From: Promethearchaeota archaeon
Lineage (GTDB): Archaea; Asgardarchaeota; Heimdallarchaeia; Hodarchaeales; Hodarchaeaceae
DNA length: 64,000 nucleotides
Direction of reading: 5' to 3'
NCBI GenBank assembly: GCA_048938105.1
Contig: JBHLMN010000019.1
Location: 1 to 64,000, forward strand
Of this stretch, positions 29,419 to 40,225 are shown piece by piece. Position 1 is the stretch's first letter, and each line of letters starts with the position of its first letter. Both the position numbers and the translations under genes were made by a program. The notes beneath the pieces were generated by a model that did not search any database, had not been told where the DNA came from, and saw only the letters and a list, made by a program, of their open reading frames with translations.

Positions 29419-30531
29419 TCAGAAAGTCACTTTATATACAGCAGACTCACGATACCCTGTTATTACTCTAACATAACCACTTAAGAGTTGGTTTACTTCA
29501 TTGTCTCCTGTATCAACTAAAAATGGACCACTGAGAGAATTAATCTTTTCTCTTGTTGCTACAACTAGGATATTTTCTTTTCCTATTTGTTCAATTAGAT
29601 CAGGACTCAGCTGTTGGTTTCCTCTCCCAAATAAATACCCCTGCCCTCCGATTGGAGTTACTATTAATTTTGCTTTCTTTCCACGGATATATTTTAGCAA
29701 ATCATTCTCATTAAGATCTTTCCCAATGAGTTTTTTATTATAGATAAGATCAACACCTAATAATGTATAATCTAAGTTCAACTTTTCCATAATAGAACGT
29801 GTTGTAGTACCTGGACCAACAATATAATAGTAATCATCAATCATATTTTCTATTATTTCTTCAGCAATCGCTTCTTGAGCATATCTCTCGCTTGGTGTTG
29901 TTCCCGATTTCATCCCTTGAACATGCCTTTTTTCAAATGGTATTTTCATGTACCCATATAGTTTGGCTGAGACAATACCATTTCTAAAGCTTTCCTCATC
30001 GATATCCATAACTTCGGCTTCTCTTATTTCTTGGATCCTCCCTTGAAGATATAACACAACTAAATCTCCAGCTCTCATTGGGTTCCAAGCATAGACAGCT
30101 GAATGCATTTTTACTCCCGTAGGAATACCAAGAACAACTATTTCTCCTTTGACAACATTATATATATCTCTGGCCGTCCCATCTCCTCCAGCAAAAAGTA
30201 AGAGATCAACTTCAAGATTCAATAGGTCTTTAGAAGCTCTCTTTGTATCAAGGTTAGTTGTTTCGCCTTTTCTTATTGCTCCTATTACTTTTGGTTTGAA
30301 TCCACATTGTTGAGATACATCTTCACCCATTTCAGTAGGATATGTGATTATTTCTATTTCATCTTTGAGTGGAATAAGTCTCTTCATTGCTTCTGTTGTT
30401 CGCTTTGGAGACTCTGGTTCTGCTCCTAAACGTTTAGCTTTTTCTAGAATATCTATTCCATCTGTTCCTTTTAATCCCACTCTACCCCCCATCCCTGCAA
30501 TGGGATTGATTATCAGTCCAAGTTTTCTCAA
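29419..30531 (-). CDS. ATP-NAD kinase family protein (AcoX-like)
   Basis: [51 protein letters not shown]. Confidence 0.88.
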   Translation of the reverse strand: MRKLGLIINPIAGMGGRVGLKGTDGIDILEKAKRLGAEPESPKRTTEAMKRLIPLKDEIEIITYPTEMGEDVSQQCGFKPKVIGAIRKGETTNLDTKRASKDLLNLEVDLLLFAGGDGTARDIYNVVKGEIVVLGIPTGVKMHSAVYAWNPMRAGDLVVLYLQGRIQEIREAEVMDIDEESFRNGIVSAKLYGYMKIPFEKRHVQGMKSGTTPSERYAQEAIAEEIIENMIDDYYYIVGPGTTTRSIMEKLNLDYTLLGVDLIYNKKLIGKDLNENDLLKYIRGKKAKLIVTPIGGQGYLFGRGNQQLSPDLIEQIGKENILVVATREKINSLSGPFLVDTGDNEVNQLLSGYVRVITGYRESAVYKVTF

Positions 30532-30540
30532 TTTAACTCC

Positions 30541-32082
30541 TTACTTTTTCCATTTTTTTAAATAAGCTCTCCAAGTTATTGCCCATCTGGTTGGGTCGTC
30601 AAGCGGTTCTGTATTGATTTTGTGGACAACACTATTATGAGGTGCGTTTTTCACTATATTAGGATTACTATAAGCTTCTTCGACAACTTTTTTTAATCCA
30701 GCAATATATTCATCAATTTCAGCTTTAGAATATGATTCAGTAGGTTCAAGTGTCATAGGTTGTGGCACAATGAATGGATGGTGAGAAGACCACATGTGGA
30801 AACCAAAATCGATCATACGGTTTGTGATATCTTCTGTTGTGACTCCTGTCTCATTCGTTAGATCTTCCCAGCTATAGCGAACTTGTTCAATACGATGTCG
30901 ACCTTTCGCATAAGGTGCACTAGCGCCTCGAATCTGTAAAATTTTTGATAATAGATAATTATTGTTGAGGACTGCTATATAGGAAGCTTCTTTCAATCCC
31001 TCACCGCCTAAACTCACGATCCATGCATATGATCTCAATACTGCTGGTATTACACCGTAATATCCTCTAACTTTACCAATACTGTTTGGTATGTTGTAAT
31101 TCAGATAGTATGTATTTCCATTGAAGTTTACTAATGGAACTGGAAGATAAGCTTTGAGTTTTTTTATTACTCCTAGAGCACCAGTAGCAGGTCCACCACA
31201 TCCATGAGGAGAGGAGAACGTTTTATGGAGATTAAAGAAGCACATATCGAATCCAGCCTCTTTTGCTCTAGCAATACCTAATATGCCATTTGCATTCGCT
31301 TGATCGTAACCACAAATCCCTCCAACATCATGAATAGTTTGGGTAAACTCCGTGATATCGGGGTTAAAAATGCCTGTATCTTCGGGATTTGTAATCAGTA
31401 ATCCAGCAGTACGATCAGAGACCGCTGTTCGTAGAGCTTCGAGATCAGGTAAACCATCTTCATTTGGATAGATGGTTATAATCTTGAATCCTTTTACAGC
31501 AGCTGCAGCTGCATCTGACGGGTGAGAAAATATCGTTGTAATCATTTCATCCTTTTTTTCCGATTCCCCGTTGAAATCATGATATGCTCGAATTATTGAA
31601 GCCATTGTAAGTATTGCTTGACTACCACCTCCAGGTTGAAAAGAAAAGTTGTCTAGACCTGAAATCTCTCTTAGAAAAATGTCAGTTTTATAGATAATTT
31701 CTAAAATACCTTGAACAGTGCTTTCGGCTTGGTTCGGATGAAGTTCTGTTAATTTTGGAGAAGTTGCAAATTGTTCATTAATCTTCGGACTATATTTCAT
31801 TGTACAAGTGCCTTGTCCAATATCAATATTCAGATCTGCTCCCAAATTTTCTTGTGATAACCTTAAATAATGTTTTAAAACCCGCATCTGTGACAATTCT
31901 GGGAGTTGAGGGACTTGTTTTCGTCTCATAATTATAGGTAAAGAGGAAAGTCCATCACCAACTATCTCTTCAATTTCCTTATCAATTTCAGGTAATAATA
32001 TCCCCCGTTCTCCTTCTGTGCTTAATTCGAAGATTATTGGTTCATCCCATTTGGCTTGGTGGAAATTTGTTCTGAGTTTCAT
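30541..32082 (-). CDS. gcvPB: Glycine dehydrogenase (decarboxylating) subunit 2
   Basis: GTCTMKYSPK, ITNPEDTG, NLHKTFSSPHGCGGP (PLP lysine), EPTES. Confidence 0.93.
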   Translation of the reverse strand: MKLRTNFHQAKWDEPIIFELSTEGERGILLPEIDKEIEEIVGDGLSSLPIIMRRKQVPQLPELSQMRVLKHYLRLSQENLGADLNIDIGQGTCTMKYSPKINEQFATSPKLTELHPNQAESTVQGILEIIYKTDIFLREISGLDNFSFQPGGGSQAILTMASIIRAYHDFNGESEKKDEMITTIFSHPSDAAAAAVKGFKIITIYPNEDGLPDLEALRTAVSDRTAGLLITNPEDTGIFNPDITEFTQTIHDVGGICGYDQANANGILGIARAKEAGFDMCFFNLHKTFSSPHGCGGPATGALGVIKKLKAYLPVPLVNFNGNTYYLNYNIPNSIGKVRGYYGVIPAVLRSYAWIVSLGGEGLKEASYIAVLNNNYLLSKILQIRGASAPYAKGRHRIEQVRYSWEDLTNETGVTTEDITNRMIDFGFHMWSSHHPFIVPQPMTLEPTESYSKAEIDEYIAGLKKVVEEAYSNPNIVKNAPHNSVVHKINTEPLDDPTRWAITWRAYLKKWKK

Positions 32083-32093
32083 ATTAATTCCCT

Positions 32094-33494
32094 TTATCCT
32101 CTTAAATAGTCATTTAAAGCTTGAACTAGCCGATCAATATCCTCTTTTGTGTGAATCTCCGTGATACAGTACAAGGCACATTCTCCTAATTCTGTGAATT
32201 CATTAGAAAGATTTTTCCCTCCGAATATCCCTTTTTTAAGTAGAAAATTGTTGATCTTCTCGATCGTTTTACCAGTTCTACTAAAATCTACAATGAATTC
32301 TTTAAAATGAGAAGATTGAAACAGTGGTGCTATTACTCCTTCAATTTCTGAAATTTGCTGCATTGCATACTGTGATTTTTGCAGAATCAACTGTCCCAAT
32401 TCTTGCATCCCCTGTGGCCCCATCAGAGCTAAATAAACTCCTGCTGTTATCCCCCATAATGCGGCCATCGTTCCCACGAATTCTTTCCCTTGTTCGCGCT
32501 TATCGAAAGATGTTCGCTCATAGGTTACATCTCCAAATCCCCATTCACCTTCTACTTCGGTAGATGTTATACCAAAAAGACGCGATGGATATTCCATTAC
32601 AAATTGTTCTTCATCTCGAGTAGCGATAAAACCAGCTAATCCTCCACCATATTGCATGTGAATTCCTAATCCTTGTATGTCACCACATACGATATCTGCT
32701 CCATAATTATTTGGAGGAACTAGCACGCCTAATGAAATTGGATCAACACCTACAATACTCAAAGCCCCAACTTCATGTAAAATGGTTGAGATCATTTTTC
32801 CTTGATCCTCAATATTACCAAGATATGATGGGTTTTCAAAGTAAAATCCAGCAGTTTTTGACGATACTTTAGCATTAAGATCCTCAAGATTAATTCTACC
32901 AGTGTTTAAATGGCACTCTACTAAGTTGATTTCCATAACAGGTTGACAATAATTTCGGATTATTGCAAGTCTTTCTGGAGATATAAATTTTGAAATTAAT
33001 ATCTCTGCGCGATTTGTAATTCTCTCGGCCATTCTAATAGACGTGCTTGCAGCTTGACCCCAGTCATATGTTGGAACATTAACTACATCCATGTCAAGAA
33101 TTTCTCCCATCATACTCTCATATTCGAAAAGTGCATGAAATCTCCCATGATCTTCATAAGGTTCCCCAGCGTAGGCTGTTAAAAATTCAGAACGTTGATT
33201 AATTTCATCGCAAATTGCTGGGACATAATGCTGCCAACATCCTCCACCTAAAAAGCTGATATATTCAGTACAGGTCTTGTTTTTTGATAAGATTTGGTTT
33301 ACGTGTTGTTTCAAGGCATATTCAGAATGAAAGGGATCTGGAAGATTTAATTCTCCCTTGAACCTTAAATGACTAGGAATGTCTTCATAGAGAGCTTCAA
33401 TATTCTCTACACCTATTTCTTCAAGCATTTTTGCTTTAACTTCTGGTACGGAATTTGGAATGTAAGGATGAACCAGTGCTTTCTTGTCACTCAT
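32094..33494 (-). CDS. gcvPA: Glycine dehydrogenase (decarboxylating) subunit 1
   Basis: HPYIPNS, FLGGG, RSEFLTAY, GADIVCGD, TEIHTKEDID. Confidence 0.93.
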   Translation of the reverse strand: MSDKKALVHPYIPNSVPEVKAKMLEEIGVENIEALYEDIPSHLRFKGELNLPDPFHSEYALKQHVNQILSKNKTCTEYISFLGGGCWQHYVPAICDEINQRSEFLTAYAGEPYEDHGRFHALFEYESMMGEILDMDVVNVPTYDWGQAASTSIRMAERITNRAEILISKFISPERLAIIRNYCQPVMEINLVECHLNTGRINLEDLNAKVSSKTAGFYFENPSYLGNIEDQGKMISTILHEVGALSIVGVDPISLGVLVPPNNYGADIVCGDIQGLGIHMQYGGGLAGFIATRDEEQFVMEYPSRLFGITSTEVEGEWGFGDVTYERTSFDKREQGKEFVGTMAALWGITAGVYLALMGPQGMQELGQLILQKSQYAMQQISEIEGVIAPLFQSSHFKEFIVDFSRTGKTIEKINNFLLKKGIFGGKNLSNEFTELGECALYCITEIHTKEDIDRLVQALNDYLRG

Positions 33495-33551
33495 GTTATT
33501 CGTCTCCGATCGAAGGTATGATTTAATTTTTATGTTTAAAAGGAGTTTAAT

Positions 33552-34331
33552 TTATGCATTACCTCCGCCATCCACAACTAAAGTAGATCCAGTTACCCAA
33601 CTCGAAAGTTCGCTCGCAAGGTATAATACTGCATAAGCAACATCTTGAGGTGTACCAACGCGATTGATAGGTCGTTTTGCAGCTTCTTTTATGAATTCCT
33701 CTTCATTAACACCTAATTGATGAGCTTCATTCCTTAGCATTGGGGTGTTAATATCACCAGGACAAACACAGTTAACACGGATTCCATGCTTGCCATGATC
33801 GATTGCCATTGCTCGTGTCATATTTACAACTCCACCTTTTGAGGCACAATAGGCTAGCGCATCAGATCCCCCTTTGAGCCCCCAACCTGACCCTGTATTT
33901 ATAATACTTCCTCCTTTAGCTTTAACCATAATAGGAATCACATATCGCGATAATAAAAAGATTCCTTTGAGATTAACATTTAAAACTTGATCCCAATCTT
34001 TTTCCTTTAAATTTATGATATTTCTACGTTTTATTACTCCAGCATTATTGAAGAGTATATCTATTTTTCCAAATTCCTTATAGATCGTTTCAATTGTATG
34101 TTTACAGTCATCATTAGATGTTACATCACAGCAAAAGAATTTAACTTCTCCCCCTGTTTTTCTAATCTCTGCAGCAGCCTTTTCTCCTCGAGGAGAATCT
34201 ATATCAATCAAAGCAACACTAGCTCCCATTTCTGCAAGAAGTGAAGCAGCCGCTAAACCAATACCTGAAGCTGCTCCTGTAACAATGCCCACTTTGCCTT
34301 TTAAAGAGAGAAGATCTAATATCCTTTTCAT
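33552..34331 (-). CDS. SDR-family oxidoreductase
   Basis: TGAASGIG, NNAG, YCASK, VDGG. Confidence 0.95.
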   Translation of the reverse strand: MKRILDLLSLKGKVGIVTGAASGIGLAAASLLAEMGASVALIDIDSPRGEKAAAEIRKTGGEVKFFCCDVTSNDDCKHTIETIYKEFGKIDILFNNAGVIKRRNIINLKEKDWDQVLNVNLKGIFLLSRYVIPIMVKAKGGSIINTGSGWGLKGGSDALAYCASKGGVVNMTRAMAIDHGKHGIRVNCVCPGDINTPMLRNEAHQLGVNEEEFIKEAAKRPINRVGTPQDVAYAVLYLASELSSWVTGSTLVVDGGGNA

Positions 34332-34879
34332 ATTTCAGAATTCTCCTTTTTTTTTAACAATTTTTGCTTTCTTCTCTGATCACAAGTGAATTTTTTAAAG
34401 AAAGGTCCTTTCCAATAAACGATCTTAATTGGAACCGCCGTTATTTTAATATATTTTAGAATTATATCAATTCCTAAAATTTTTGTTATAACATCGCTGT
34501 TATATTTCTTCTGAAGGTTATCAAAACATTCTCTGACAATATTTTCTGAATTAAACTGTTGAGAGATTGCTTCAATCATTATTCCTTTATTTTGAAGTGA
34601 ATCCGTTGGATGGGTGCTATCAGTAGTTAGAGTTATATTCGGATTTTTCTGAAGGTTCATGGCAATTTTTGATTGTTTATTTATTAAAAATGCTAAGCTA
34701 CACTTTCCAAACTCATTAACAAAAAGTACAGGTTGAATTCGGGGTTTTCCATTTAGATCGATGGTACCCACATACATTGATGATGCTTTTAATAGAAACC
34801 TAGCAATGTAGTTTGGTAAGATGCAAATATGACCGTTAATTTGGCATTCTAGTATCATTACTCTACACCAAAACTTCAA
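34328..34879 (-). CDS. Pyridoxamine 5'-phosphate oxidase-like (split-barrel flavin-binding) protein
   Basis: VGTIDLNGKPRIQPV...SKIAMNLQKNPNITL. Confidence 0.7.
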   Translation of the reverse strand: MKFWCRVMILECQINGHICILPNYIARFLLKASSMYVGTIDLNGKPRIQPVLFVNEFGKCSLAFLINKQSKIAMNLQKNPNITLTTDSTHPTDSLQNKGIMIEAISQQFNSENIVRECFDNLQKKYNSDVITKILGIDIILKYIKITAVPIKIVYWKGPFFKKFTCDQRRKQKLLKKKENSEI

Positions 34880-36165
34880 AATTTTATAAGCTCAGATCTC
34901 GACGCCTTCCAGAAGAAGAATTGTTCAGGGATAATCTCAATGATAGTTCTACTAAAAATAGGTATCATTTGCCAAGCTTGTGGAAGAGCACGGCTAATTT
35001 TCCAGTATTGACTAATATAGTGGCTATACTTCTTTCTAAAAAGGAAGAAGATACGAAGTATATGAAGTCCAAATATTAGATAGAACAATATTCCAGTTCG
35101 GAAATTATATCCATATATTTTGCTTCGACCAGTAATTAACACACCTATACTCTTTGTAATATCACAATATTTACCAGAATCAATGAAAATAGAAATATTA
35201 TTTCTTTCTCGGAGATTTTTAACTTTTTTACTCTCTATCGATGTTGCAATAAAGAAATTTCTCCCATCAAATACGAATAAAGTAGGAGTAATATGGGGGA
35301 ATTTTCCAGGTGAGATTGTCCCAACTTGTGCAAACTTAGAAGAACGAATGAGTTTTAATAAACCATCAGGAATTGACCGTACATATAAAAGACGAAGATG
35401 AAAAATATTAAATGTCGCAAGAGTGAATGTTACAAAGAGATAGGTACTTAATGTCACTAGAAGTACTAAATCCATTAAACCTAGAGGAATAAGTGTAAAA
35501 CCTCCACATATTGCTAAATAATGAATATAATCAGCTTTTTCCAAATTTCTGATATTAATTGGAGAAAACTGTGCTTTAATAACAGGTGTTCTTAAATAAT
35601 GAGCCAGGAGAAAATTGCGACGAATTTGTACTATTATAACATGAAGCGAAAGACCTAACCTATAACAGAGATCGAAAGTTAATAGTAGCACATAAAGTAA
35701 AAGTAAAGGAGGTATCGAAGAATAATTCAATTCCTTTTGCATCTTGGTTAAGAAGTTTTCAAAACCAAAAGAAGTAGAAGTAAAGAAGTATGTTAAAACA
35801 AATATAAATACAAGAATACTTATAACAATGGAGGAGGGTTGAAATAGATCCTCAAGAAATCCAACCAAAAATTTCTTATTAACTCTATTAAGCCTTTCAA
35901 CTTCGACATTTCTTAAATTGTCAGCATAGTGAAAGATACCGATTGTCCATAAAAAGAGGCCAAAAGCGCTAAAAGTACCTGCAAGAAAATAGGATAATGG
36001 AATATTATAAATGAAATAAAGACTAAAACCCCAAAAGAAATACAATAATAATAATAGGAAGACATTTGTTGGAGATTTCACTTTATTAAAAGGCCAAATT
36101 CCCTCAAAAACATGTTCTTGTAAGAATTGATATTTCTTTGGGGGTTGCATTAAACCTAGTTTCAA
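34876..36165 (-). CDS. Multi-pass membrane protein fused to a C-terminal PNPOx-like domain
   Basis: About six N-terminal TM helices, then VGTISPGKFPHITPTLF...SKKVKNLRERNNISIFID. Confidence 0.7.
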   Translation of the reverse strand: MKLGLMQPPKKYQFLQEHVFEGIWPFNKVKSPTNVFLLLLLYFFWGFSLYFIYNIPLSYFLAGTFSAFGLFLWTIGIFHYADNLRNVEVERLNRVNKKFLVGFLEDLFQPSSIVISILVFIFVLTYFFTSTSFGFENFLTKMQKELNYSSIPPLLLLYVLLLTFDLCYRLGLSLHVIIVQIRRNFLLAHYLRTPVIKAQFSPINIRNLEKADYIHYLAICGGFTLIPLGLMDLVLLVTLSTYLFVTFTLATFNIFHLRLLYVRSIPDGLLKLIRSSKFAQVGTISPGKFPHITPTLFVFDGRNFFIATSIESKKVKNLRERNNISIFIDSGKYCDITKSIGVLITGRSKIYGYNFRTGILFYLIFGLHILRIFFLFRKKYSHYISQYWKISRALPQAWQMIPIFSRTIIEIIPEQFFFWKASRSELIKF

Positions 36166-36385
36166 TATCTTTTATTCTCCGTGATGATGATTTTTATTCA
36201 ATCTTAATGCAAACTCACTTTATTAATTATAAGAAGTTGATTTAATAAGATTTCACTAAAATCCAGGCTTTTAACAAGGGTGACTTGATCTAAAAAAAGG
36301 CGATCAAAGTAATGAAACTTGAAGAGGTCTTAGACGAATTGAGTCTGACTAAGAGGAGTTAAAAGAGTAGTGAACAAATCAATCA

Positions 36386-36688
36386 TTAGGGAAATTCTGG
36401 CATAGCAGGGAAATTTGCGATCATAGTTAGTGCCAAGAATAGCACTACTACTGCAAAAATACCGAATATAATACAAGTAATAATTCCACAAATATTACTG
36501 AATTACTTTACGGATTGATAACACTCAGGACAATAAGTGTATACACTATCTACTTCGTCCACTCTCCTACGTCTATAGGTCATTTTATCTTCTAAACATA
36601 TTAAACGATTGCACTTTTCACATTTTGCGACAGCAACGCGGTCAGGATGATAAAAGCACCGAGTTTGTTTAGGAACTGTGATTTTTAT
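36386..36688 (-). pseudogene. B-box-like zinc finger membrane protein with ATA start and in-frame TAA
   Basis: Hand translation: IKITVPKQTRCFYHPDRVAVAKCEKCNRLICLEDKMTYRRRRVDEVDSVYTYCPECYQSVK*FSNICGIITCIIFGIFAVVVLFLALTMIANFPAMPEFP*. Internal stop at 36503-36505. Confidence 0.7.
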
Positions 36689-36821
36689 TTCTCAAATACC
36701 TGAATTTGATAGTCTTGGCTAAATAATATTGAATCATTAATTAAGCTTGAGACAAGAAGTCCCACTATTTTTTCGCTAAAATATAAATTTAGAATTGTAA
36801 TAGGAATGTTGAGGTGCTAGA

Positions 36822-38189
36822 TTGGAATTCCCAATAGAAAAAATCAATTATGTTAATTGGGATTTTCCTAAAAGTAAGACTCAATTTCTGACTCATAAAT
36901 ATCACTCTTATCCAGCACGATTCATTCCCCAAATACCACGCACAATCTACAATATATGTCTCAATTCGAGTGGTTCTAGAATCTTTGACCCATTCGTTGG
37001 ATGTGGTACATCATTAGTTGAAGGAATTTTATCTCGGAATCACACAGGTGGAGTTGATCAAAATCCTCTAGCTATTCTAATATCAAGAGTAAAAACACGA
37101 CCTTTAGATATTAACTCCCTGAATAATTATTGGAAGAGTTTTCAGAAAATTACCCAGCATAAGAATTCTATTTTTCAAATCAAGACAAATCCTAAATCGT
37201 TATCTAATAAAGAAGAACAGTACACACCCCGAGAATTCATCTTTCCTAATCGAAATTTATCAATACGATTCACTGATGATAATATTCAAGCAATCTCTTT
37301 AATTCTAGATCACATTGAAGAAGAAGTAATAAATACCCAATTTCAGGACTTCTTTAGAGTTGGGCTCTCAGCAGTAATTACAACTCTAACAGAATCAAAA
37401 AATTGGAGAAAAGTAAATATTTGGAACACCTTCCGAGTAAAAATTAATTCTATGATACACATTATGGACAAGTTCAATCGTAAGGTTATGGGATTTAGTA
37501 ATGACATGCAAGAAGATATAAAACTCGGAGATTCGAGAAAAATATCTTTTATTTCCGATGAAACAATTGATTGCGTGGTTACATCCCCACCATATGTTAA
37601 TGCATTGGATTATAACCGTATTCATCAATATAATATGAGTATTCTCGGGTATGATTATCGAGCTTTTGCTAAAGCTGAAATTGGAGCTCATGGACACCAT
37701 ATTAGCAATAGGTGGAGATTATTAACGGAATATTTAGCAGATATGGCTCAATCAATAGTTGAAATGAATAGAGTAACCAAACAGGGAGGTGTCATATGCA
37801 TTATAATTGGGGATAGTTGTTTAGAATATGAGAATATAAGTTCTCATAGCCATTTTAAAGAATTAGGAAAATTATTAGGATTAACACACCAATTATCGCT
37901 TTCTCGAAACATCGATGCAACAAGTAAATCAACTAGTAATGACATTGGAAACATTTTTTCAGAGTATTTAATATTTTTTACAAAAGATAACGAATTTGAA
38001 AAGGGATCAGCAAATTTAATACATGAATATATTGAAAATACGTTGTACACCTACTTGGATCATGTAAAAACAAGTACAGGAACCTGTCTAAGAAATAAAG
38101 CCGAAATATCTACAGAAAGACAAGAATTAGCTGTTCAAAGGGTTGAAGAAGCTATATCAAAAATCAAGGAAGATTATCGTTCTGTTTAG
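36822..38189 (+). CDS. Probable N4-cytosine DNA methyltransferase (FxGxG before SPPY)
   Basis: LTHKYHSYPARFIPQIP, IFDPFVGCGTS, VVTSPPY. Confidence 0.88.
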   Translation: MEFPIEKINYVNWDFPKSKTQFLTHKYHSYPARFIPQIPRTIYNICLNSSGSRIFDPFVGCGTSLVEGILSRNHTGGVDQNPLAILISRVKTRPLDINSLNNYWKSFQKITQHKNSIFQIKTNPKSLSNKEEQYTPREFIFPNRNLSIRFTDDNIQAISLILDHIEEEVINTQFQDFFRVGLSAVITTLTESKNWRKVNIWNTFRVKINSMIHIMDKFNRKVMGFSNDMQEDIKLGDSRKISFISDETIDCVVTSPPYVNALDYNRIHQYNMSILGYDYRAFAKAEIGAHGHHISNRWRLLTEYLADMAQSIVEMNRVTKQGGVICIIIGDSCLEYENISSHSHFKELGKLLGLTHQLSLSRNIDATSKSTSNDIGNIFSEYLIFFTKDNEFEKGSANLIHEYIENTLYTYLDHVKTSTGTCLRNKAEISTERQELAVQRVEEAISKIKEDYRSV

Positions 38190-39132
38190 TGTTATTTTGG
38201 AAGGATTGATCGAGTTCCCTGTGTTTGAACTCAAGTTGTGTCTGGAAAATTCTTTTTTGGAGAGAAAGAACATATCTAGAGGTTTTAATCTGATCTCTGT
38301 ATTTTTCTGCCATTAGAAACCACCAAACATTCCATAAGGCTCTATTTATCCACCCTTCTGTACCAGCTTTGTGCAACATTTCATAAGAGTCAATAAAAGG
38401 TGGAGCGTACAACTCAAATAAATAGGCCATATTTTTCCCCTTCTTTTTCTTCTTGCGAGCTTCATGAACGTAAACAGATCCTTCAGGAGTATAACATGAA
38501 CATACGGCCGCGTTCCTTCGCCAACCAATCCAATCCCCAGAATAAAGAAAATCTTGAAAAGCGATTTGGTGGAATGGGCTTCCAACTCCAAAACCATGAA
38601 ATTTCTTTTCAGGGATAACACATGATAATGATGCTAGCCAAGATGCAACATCATGAACACTACCAGGTTGATTTATTTTGAATGAGGGAACCATTCCTCC
38701 TAATCCCACGTAATCGTTTGAAGGATATGAATTTCTGGTATCAGGTATATGGATAACTGGTATGATGTCATAATCAAACTTCTTGGTCAAATAGATCCAA
38801 TTTTGTCTTGATTTTCTTGAATTCCCAATTACATCCAAATTAACAATTATATCCTTATCATGAATATTTATTTCAGATAGAAATGACGCATAATCTTCAA
38901 CTTGGATGTTTACACCAGAGTTAAAAGCACTGTAAGCACCAGAATCCACCATAATTGGACCTTCAAAAGAGAAATAATCATGAAGACCTTTTGAAACCAT
39001 ATCAATTTCCTTCTTTCTAAAGGACCAATATGAGAATATAATTCCTGAATGATTTCTTATCATCTTTTTGTGAATACTCGGTTCAATTGACCAGGGAAAA
39101 ATACCTGGGACAACCCCTAAATATAGTTGCAA
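38164..39132 (-). CDS. TGT/DpdA-like guanine transglycosylase-fold protein 1
   Basis: IMVDSGAYS, VNLDVIG, IPVIH, GLGGMVP, FHGFGVG, SGDWIGW; no PUA domain or canonical CxCxxC site. Confidence 0.7.
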   Translation of the reverse strand: MQLYLGVVPGIFPWSIEPSIHKKMIRNHSGIIFSYWSFRKKEIDMVSKGLHDYFSFEGPIMVDSGAYSAFNSGVNIQVEDYASFLSEINIHDKDIIVNLDVIGNSRKSRQNWIYLTKKFDYDIIPVIHIPDTRNSYPSNDYVGLGGMVPSFKINQPGSVHDVASWLASLSCVIPEKKFHGFGVGSPFHQIAFQDFLYSGDWIGWRRNAAVCSCYTPEGSVYVHEARKKKKKGKNMAYLFELYAPPFIDSYEMLHKAGTEGWINRALWNVWWFLMAEKYRDQIKTSRYVLSLQKRIFQTQLEFKHRELDQSFQNNTKQNDNLP

Positions 39133-39294
39133 ATGTTACTCCTCTGGAGTTCTACTGATTTGATAACCTGATTTTTCAAGATTTAAAGGAAATTATACAT
39201 ATTTATAATTCGTATGGGAGAATTATTTTTAATATTGAACTAATTAATGTTGGTAACGATCTAGGTTAGATTTTCTTGAAAAGGTGGTATTATT

Positions 39295-40197
39295 ATGGTC
39301 GAAGTCTTGTTAGTCAAAACTGATGATCGTGTTAAAGGTTTGAAGTTTATTTTTACGCATTTCAAGCAGATTTTTGAATCTCTAAGAGGAAAAGAAGTTG
39401 CGATCAAACCTAATTTTAACACAGCCGATCCTCCGCCTGCCTCAACAGATATCAGAATAATAAGTGAAGTAATCGAACATTTGAAGACCTGTGAAGCAAA
39501 GAATATTACTGTGGTAGAACGAGCAGGACCAGCTGATACTCATGAAACAATGAAAACGAAAGGGCTGTTTAAATTGCAGGAAGAAATTGGAGGTTTTGAT
39601 ATTCTTGATCTATCATCCATTCCTGACTCAGAATGGATTCACTTTCGACCAAACAAACCCAGTGATTCTCATTGGAAAAATGGTTTTTTGTTTCCTAAGT
39701 TCATTCAAGAAGTAGATGCGATAATTGCACTACCTTGTCTTAAAACACATCGTTTTGGTGGCCATTTCACCTTTTCACTGAAATTAGCTGTTGGGTTAGT
39801 ACCTCGTCGAGGTTATGAGTATATGCAAGAACTTCATTCATCTCCCTTTATGCGTAAGCTTATTGCGGAAATCAATCAGATTTATTCACCAACATTAATA
39901 ATCTTGGATGGTGTTGATTCTTTCGTCGAAGATGGCCCAGAAAAAGGAAAACTCATTCATTCACAAGTGTTACTCGCAAGTACAGATAGGATTGCTATTG
40001 ATGCAGTAGGAGTAGCAATTCTCCGTGATCTTGGTACGACTCCAGAAGTAACAAAAGGTACTATATTTGAACAAGAGCAGATAGCTAGAGCTGTTGAGCT
40101 CAATCTTGGAGTACAAAAACCTTCGGAGATAATTATTAGAGGTGCAGATGAAATAAGCGATCAATATGCAAAATATCTTCAAACAAAGTTTTCATAA
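39295..40197 (+). CDS. DUF362-family protein
   Basis: VAIKPNFN, LPCLKTH, TFSLK, STDRIAIDAVG. Confidence 0.85.
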   Translation: MVEVLLVKTDDRVKGLKFIFTHFKQIFESLRGKEVAIKPNFNTADPPPASTDIRIISEVIEHLKTCEAKNITVVERAGPADTHETMKTKGLFKLQEEIGGFDILDLSSIPDSEWIHFRPNKPSDSHWKNGFLFPKFIQEVDAIIALPCLKTHRFGGHFTFSLKLAVGLVPRRGYEYMQELHSSPFMRKLIAEINQIYSPTLIILDGVDSFVEDGPEKGKLIHSQVLLASTDRIAIDAVGVAILRDLGTTPEVTKGTIFEQEQIARAVELNLGVQKPSEIIIRGADEISDQYAKYLQTKFS

Positions 40198-40225
40198 GTT
40201 TTCATGTAATTTTACCAGGAAGATT

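Noticed and set aside
19373-36505. Genome-wide reassignment of TAA
   Set aside because: TAA terminates many clearly complete conserved genes here (e.g. cysS, gcvPA, gcvPB, mtnP).
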